NCBI GenBank assembly: GCA_900549575.1
Contig: URPB01000001.1
Span: forward strand, 2,560-66,559
Direction of reading: 5' to 3'
DNA: 64,000 nucleotides
From: an uncultured Collinsella sp.
Lineage (GTDB): Bacteria; Actinomycetota; Coriobacteriia; Coriobacteriales; Coriobacteriaceae
Program-made: the position numbers and the translations under genes
Shown here: one piece after another, positions 60,037 through 64,000 of the stretch
How the letters are laid out: every line of letters begins with the position of its first letter
Position numbering within the stretch: position 1 is the stretch's first letter
The notes under the pieces: generated by a model
The model's input: the letters and a program-made list of their open reading frames with translations, nothing else
What the model was told of the DNA's origin: nothing
Database searches by the model: none

Positions 60037-61041
60037 TTGCAAATACGGCGGGCAGCGACCGACATAACCGAGCTCTACGCACCGCAGTTTGAGCAGTTTG
60101 GCCTGGAGCTTACCGGCAAGGGCGCCGTCTTTACCGGCGAGGTGGCAAACGACCGGGCGCACGGCCGCGCATGGATCATGCCCCTCTCCCCCACCTGCAT
60201 CGTCATGGAGCATTTCATTACCCCGACGCACGATATGTACCTAGCCGAATACACACCCGAACCGTACGCATGCGTGAGCGAAGTCAGCGCGCCCACGCTC
60301 ATGTGCATGCCCGAGGCTGGCATAACGCCTGCGAACCTTAAACCCTTGCATGGACCGTGGCCAAACAATGCCGTGTGCAGCTTTATCCAAGATAACTGTG
60401 GCGAGGAGTTAAGCCCACTGTTTGCAGGGCGGCTCTATCACTCGCGCTCGGTGCTCTTTTTGCCTGGATATTTTGACGAACTGGAGCACCGCTATCCCAC
60501 CGAGTTCGCAGGGGTCTTTGAGGCGTTTGCCGAGCCATGGCACGAGGAAGCGACGTCTGCCATCTGCCACACGTTGCGCAGGATTAACGAGGACCGCGCC
60601 CGCACCGCAGGCGGACACGTCTATATGCAGGGCATCGTGGAGACCATGGTCGCGGAGCTCGCCTGTTCGCGCGCGGCCCACAAGCAGGCGCGGCAGGCGG
60701 CAGACACACGCGTCAGCATAACCATTGCCGAAGAAGCAACGGCAATGATTGAGCGCGCGCTCGACAAAGGCAGGCGTGTGGGTATCAACGAGGTGGCCGA
60801 GAGGCTCTACACAAGCCGCTCCAAGCTATGCGCCACCTTTAAGGCCCAAACTGACGAGTCCCTGGGCGCCTACATTCGCAGACGCCGTATGGAGCGAGCA
60901 CAGGACCTTTTGGCTGATAGCTCGCTCACGATAGCGCAGGTGGCAGAGCGTCTAGGCTACCCTCAGCAGGCTGCCTTCGCCCAAGCCTTCAAGCAACACA
61001 CCGGCACCACCCCCACCACCTGGCGCTCCCAACATATATAA
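60037..61041 (+). CDS. AraC-family transcriptional regulator
   Basis: C-terminal double HTH ...IAQVAERLGYPQQAAFAQAFKQHTGTTPTTWR; TTG start at 60037 uncertain; divergent from the ABC operon. Confidence 0.8.
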   Translation: MQIRRAATDITELYAPQFEQFGLELTGKGAVFTGEVANDRAHGRAWIMPLSPTCIVMEHFITPTHDMYLAEYTPEPYACVSEVSAPTLMCMPEAGITPANLKPLHGPWPNNAVCSFIQDNCGEELSPLFAGRLYHSRSVLFLPGYFDELEHRYPTEFAGVFEAFAEPWHEEATSAICHTLRRINEDRARTAGGHVYMQGIVETMVAELACSRAAHKQARQAADTRVSITIAEEATAMIERALDKGRRVGINEVAERLYTSRSKLCATFKAQTDESLGAYIRRRRMERAQDLLADSSLTIAQVAERLGYPQQAAFAQAFKQHTGTTPTTWRSQHI

Positions 61042-61081
61042 AGAATGAGGACGCCATCAGCGCCCTCATTCACCAAATTTC

Positions 61082-61330
61082 ATTCAGCCCCGCCTGACCC
61101 GAACGGCCGAGTCGTCACGGAACCGAGGGGCCGGGCGCAGGGCCTTGCCTCTCAATGAGTTCCCTTCAAAACAATGGGCGTGCCGACGGCACGCCCATTC
61201 ACTCTATTCCATCCAGCCCGCCTGACCCGAACGGCCGAGTCGTCTGGCCGGGGAAGCCCCGAGTCGCCGGGGTGTTTGCTCCAAATGAGTTCCGCATGCA
61301 AAGAAGGCCACTAAATGTGGCCTTCGTCTT
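61082..61330. repeat. Two tandem copies of a ~125-bp intergenic repeat
   Basis: cag(c)cccgcctgacccgaacggccgagtcgtc at 61085-61116 and 61214-61244, each followed by related ...ggccgggg...c(a)aatgagttcc. Confidence 0.7.
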
Positions 61331-61388
61331 GCATAGGACTGTTTGAAATTTGGAGCAAACACCCCGGCGACTCGGGGCTTCCCCGGCC
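61246..61388. repeat. Perfect 41-bp inverted repeat with 61-bp spacer (MITE/REP-like; also gatB terminator)
   Basis: ggccggggaagccccgagtcgccggggtgtttgctccaaat (61246-61286) is the exact reverse complement of 61348-61388; the spacer has its own hairpin aaggccac-taaa-gtggcctt. Confidence 0.8.
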
Positions 61389-61394
61389 TCGCAG

Positions 61395-63071
61395 CTACGA
61401 GAGCGACGTTCTCAGCAACTCGTTGAAGAGCTTCGGGTTGCCCTTGCCGCGGCTTGCCTTCATGCACTGGCCCACCAAAAAGCCGATGACCTTCTGGTTG
61501 CCGTCACGATACTGCTGCGCCTGATCGGCACAGTTTGCCAGCACTTCGTCCACGATCGGCTGCAGCGCACCGGCATCGCTCACCTGACGCATACCGCGCT
61601 CGTCGACGATCTTGTTGGGATCGTCACCGGTCTGGGCCATGGCCTCAAAGACCTCGTGCGCCTGGTTGGAGCTGATGGCATCGGTCGCCAGCAGCTTGGC
61701 AAGCGCCGCCACCTGAGCCGGCGCGATGCCGGACTCGGCCAGCGACACGCCCGCGCCCTTAAGGTAGGCGATCATCTCGTTGACCAGCAAGTTTGCGACC
61801 GTCTGAGCCTCCTTGCCAGCCATTCCGGCAGCGGCGGCCTCAAAGAACTCGGCAAACTCGGGATCGCCGGCAATCTGCTCGGCATCGGCCGCCTTAATGC
61901 CAAAGTCGGCCTCAAAACGGGCGCGCTTGGCATCGGGCAGCTCGGGAATCTCGTCTCGGCAGCGGTCGATGAACTCGTCGTCCAAATCGAACGGCGCCAG
62001 GTCGGGGTCGGGGAACAGGCGATAGTCGTCGGCCGTCTCCTTGACGCGCATAACCACGGTTCGCTTGCGGCTGGGCTCCCAGTGGCGGGTCTCCTGATAG
62101 ATGATGCCGCCCTCCTCGAGCACCTCGGCCTGACGGCAGATCTCGTAGGCAAGGCCATCGTGCAGGCTCTTAAACGAGTTGAGGTTCTTGAGCTCGGTCT
62201 TGGTTCCCAGCTTGGTCTCGCCGCGGCGACGCAGCGACACGTTGCCGTCGCAGCGCATGGAGCCCTTCTCCATGGAGCAGTCCGAAATGCCCAGCGTCAC
62301 AAAGATGCGACGGAGCTTCTCCATAAACAGGCGAGCCTCCTCGGGCGTACGCAAGTCGGGCTCAGTGACAAGCTCGATGAGCGGCGTGCCGCAGCGGTTG
62401 TAGTCGACGAGCGACTCGGCCGCGGCGGTAATGCGGCCCTCGGCACCGCCCACGTGAACCATCTTGGCGGCGTCCTCCTCCATGTGGATGCGCAGGATGC
62501 GGATGGGCACCGTGTAGGAACCGTCCTCGCGACGCTCGGGCATCTGCAAGTTGGACGCATCATAGCTGGCCAGGTGGCCGGCGCGCTGGTTGCCCTCGCG
62601 CATGGTCGACGTCATGGACGTGGACAGGCCCTCGGCGTTGGCCGAGGCGCTCGCCAGACTCTGGGCCTCGGCCTCGCCAAACGCGCAGTCGGGGCGCTCG
62701 CCGGCACCGCGACCGGTCACGTCCAGGTCCAGGTGACCGTACATGGCAAAGGCGATCGGACCCTGCGTGGTCTGGAAGTTCTTGGCCATATCGGGATAGA
62801 AGTAGTGCTTGCGGTAGAACATCGAGTGGCGCTGGATCTCGCAGTTGGTGGCGAGACCAGCCTTGACGATGCTCTCGATGGCACGCTTGTTGGGCACCGG
62901 CAGGGCGCCGGGCAGGCCCAGGCACACCGGGCACACGTTGGCGTTGGGCTCGTCATCGTGGCTGAGCTTGCAGTTGCAGAACATCTTGGTATCGAGTGCG
63001 GTGAGCTCGGTATGGATCTCCAGGCCGATCACGGCCTCCCAATCCTGCAGGACCTCGGAAAGCTCCTTCAT
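61395..63071 (-). CDS. gatB: Asp/Glu-tRNA amidotransferase subunit B
   Basis: ...WEAVIGLEIHTELT...CPVCLGLPGALPV...RIHMEEDAAK...; C-terminal YqeY-like tail; 558 aa, longer than usual. Confidence 0.9.
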   Translation of the reverse strand: MKELSEVLQDWEAVIGLEIHTELTALDTKMFCNCKLSHDDEPNANVCPVCLGLPGALPVPNKRAIESIVKAGLATNCEIQRHSMFYRKHYFYPDMAKNFQTTQGPIAFAMYGHLDLDVTGRGAGERPDCAFGEAEAQSLASASANAEGLSTSMTSTMREGNQRAGHLASYDASNLQMPERREDGSYTVPIRILRIHMEEDAAKMVHVGGAEGRITAAAESLVDYNRCGTPLIELVTEPDLRTPEEARLFMEKLRRIFVTLGISDCSMEKGSMRCDGNVSLRRRGETKLGTKTELKNLNSFKSLHDGLAYEICRQAEVLEEGGIIYQETRHWEPSRKRTVVMRVKETADDYRLFPDPDLAPFDLDDEFIDRCRDEIPELPDAKRARFEADFGIKAADAEQIAGDPEFAEFFEAAAAGMAGKEAQTVANLLVNEMIAYLKGAGVSLAESGIAPAQVAALAKLLATDAISSNQAHEVFEAMAQTGDDPNKIVDERGMRQVSDAGALQPIVDEVLANCADQAQQYRDGNQKVIGFLVGQCMKASRGKGNPKLFNELLRTSLS

Positions 63072-64000
63072 TACAGCTCGCCTCCCTTCCCGGCAAAATC
63101 GGGCGCGACGGAAAGCGCGGGCGCACCCGTGGCGGCATCGGCAAAGCCGCGCTCCAGGGCGCGGGCAAACGTGAGCAGCTGACGGTCCCTAAAGGCAGGT
63201 CCCACCAGCTGGGCAGAAACGGGCAGCTTGCTGTCATCGCCCAGGCCCAGCGGCACCGAGATACCGCCGTTGCCGCAAATGTTGAGCGAGATGGTGTACA
63301 GGTCGGAGAGGTACATCTGCGTAGGGTCGTTGAGCTCGCCAAACTTAAAGGCCGTGCGCGGCGAGGCGGGCATGAGGATGGTGTCCACCTTGGCATACGC
63401 GGCGTCATAGTCCTGCGTGATGAGCGTGCGGGCCTTTTGCGCGGCGTAGTAGTACTTGTCGTACACGCCCGAGCTCAGCAGGTAGGCGCCGAGCATCTGA
63501 CGGCGCTTGGCCTCGGCGCCAAAGCCGTGGGCGCGCGAAAGCGAGCTCTGGTCGGACAGGTTGGCGCAGCCCTCCTCCTGGTAGCCGTAGCGAATGCCGT
63601 CGAAGCGAGCCAGGTTGGAGAACGCCTCGGCCGGGCCGATGACGTAGTAGGCGGCGATGGCGGCGTCCAGGTGCGGCAGGTCGACCTCGACCAGCTCGGC
63701 GCCCTGGTTCTGCAGTTCCTGGGCGGCGCGCTGAACAGCGGCCTTGACCTCGGGCGTCAGACCATCGGCCTCCATAAACGCGGGGATGATACCCACGCGC
63801 TTGCCCTCGATGCTGTCGTTGAGATGCTCGGTAAAGTCGACGGCGCAATCCTGGCTGGTGCAGTCGTACGGATCGTGGCCCGCGCCGGTAAGCGCGTTCA
63901 TGGCCAGCGCGACATCCTCGACCGTGCGGCCAAAGGGGCCCACCTGGTCGAGCGACGAGCCAAAGGCAACCACGCCGTAACGGCTCACGGCGCCATACGT
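63071..64000 (-). CDS. gatA: Glu-tRNA(Gln) amidotransferase subunit A, C-terminal part (gene continues beyond window)
   Basis: ...SRYGVVAFGSSLDQVGPFGRTVEDVA... amidase signature region; stop overlaps gatB start (TAATG). Confidence 0.85.
   Translation of the reverse strand, partial: TYGAVSRYGVVAFGSSLDQVGPFGRTVEDVALAMNALTGAGHDPYDCTSQDCAVDFTEHLNDSIEGKRVGIIPAFMEADGLTPEVKAAVQRAAQELQNQGAELVEVDLPHLDAAIAAYYVIGPAEAFSNLARFDGIRYGYQEEGCANLSDQSSLSRAHGFGAEAKRRQMLGAYLLSSGVYDKYYYAAQKARTLITQDYDAAYAKVDTILMPASPRTAFKFGELNDPTQMYLSDLYTISLNICGNGGISVPLGLGDDSKLPVSAQLVGPAFRDRQLLTFARALERGFADAATGAPALSVAPDFAGKGGEL

Noticed and set aside
61350-63182. 610-aa ORF antisense to gatB.
   Set aside because: It overlaps the conserved gatB frame completely, its composition is GC-artifact-like, and it has no RBS or recognisable domain.

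Overview
High-GC, actinobacterium-like DNA (taxon is inference; a phage-borne mIHF homolog and the gatBA context fit Coriobacteriia-type genomes). The window holds two different siphovirus prophages lying tail-to-tail, followed by core chromosome.

Prophage 1 (1 to ~19620, + strand, left part outside the window) is an SPP1/Sfi11-like late region. It runs portal, MuF head protein, scaffold, capsid, neck, major tail, chaperones, tape measure, Dit, Tal, BppU-like fibre, a DGR-type receptor-binding protein, a DGR reverse transcriptase, holin, amidase.

Prophage 2 (~19860 to 51752, - strand) is a complete HK97-like cos/HNH phage:
- Lysogeny end: serine integrase, cI/Cro switch.
- Early region: replisome organiser, ori-like repeats, an embedded tyrosine integrase, mIHF, SSB, dUTPase, a late regulator.
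- Late region: HNH, TerS, TerL, portal, protease, capsid, neck, tail, tape measure, Dit, Tal, BppU-like fibre.
- A complete diversity-generating retroelement (target/VR, avd, TR, RT).
- A CBM protein, holin, and two lysins.

Prophage 2 abuts the 3' end of the tmRNA gene (ssrA, 51706-52069, -). To the right are a PIN/RHH toxin-antitoxin pair, an atypical P1B-like ATPase, two ABC exporter genes, an AraC regulator, a repeat-rich intergenic region and gatB plus partial gatA.

Most notable observations:
1. The prophage 2 DGR is textbook. TR and VR are 124 bp and differ at 8 positions, and every one is an adenine of the coding-strand TR.
2. Prophage 1 keeps a diversified VR-like target end, the conserved TR-proximal spacer RNA region and an intact RT. 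I find no avd and no TR, so it looks like a collapsed or orphan DGR.
3. The prophage 1 MuF protein carries a C-terminal toxin-like module with a candidate immunity gene.
4. Prophage 2 encodes two integrases of different families plus its own mIHF.
5. A membrane-anchored DEDDh exonuclease sits in the lysogeny module.
6. The serine integrase ORF runs 47 nt into ssrA.

All family assignments come from reading the translated ORFs by eye. No database search was run.
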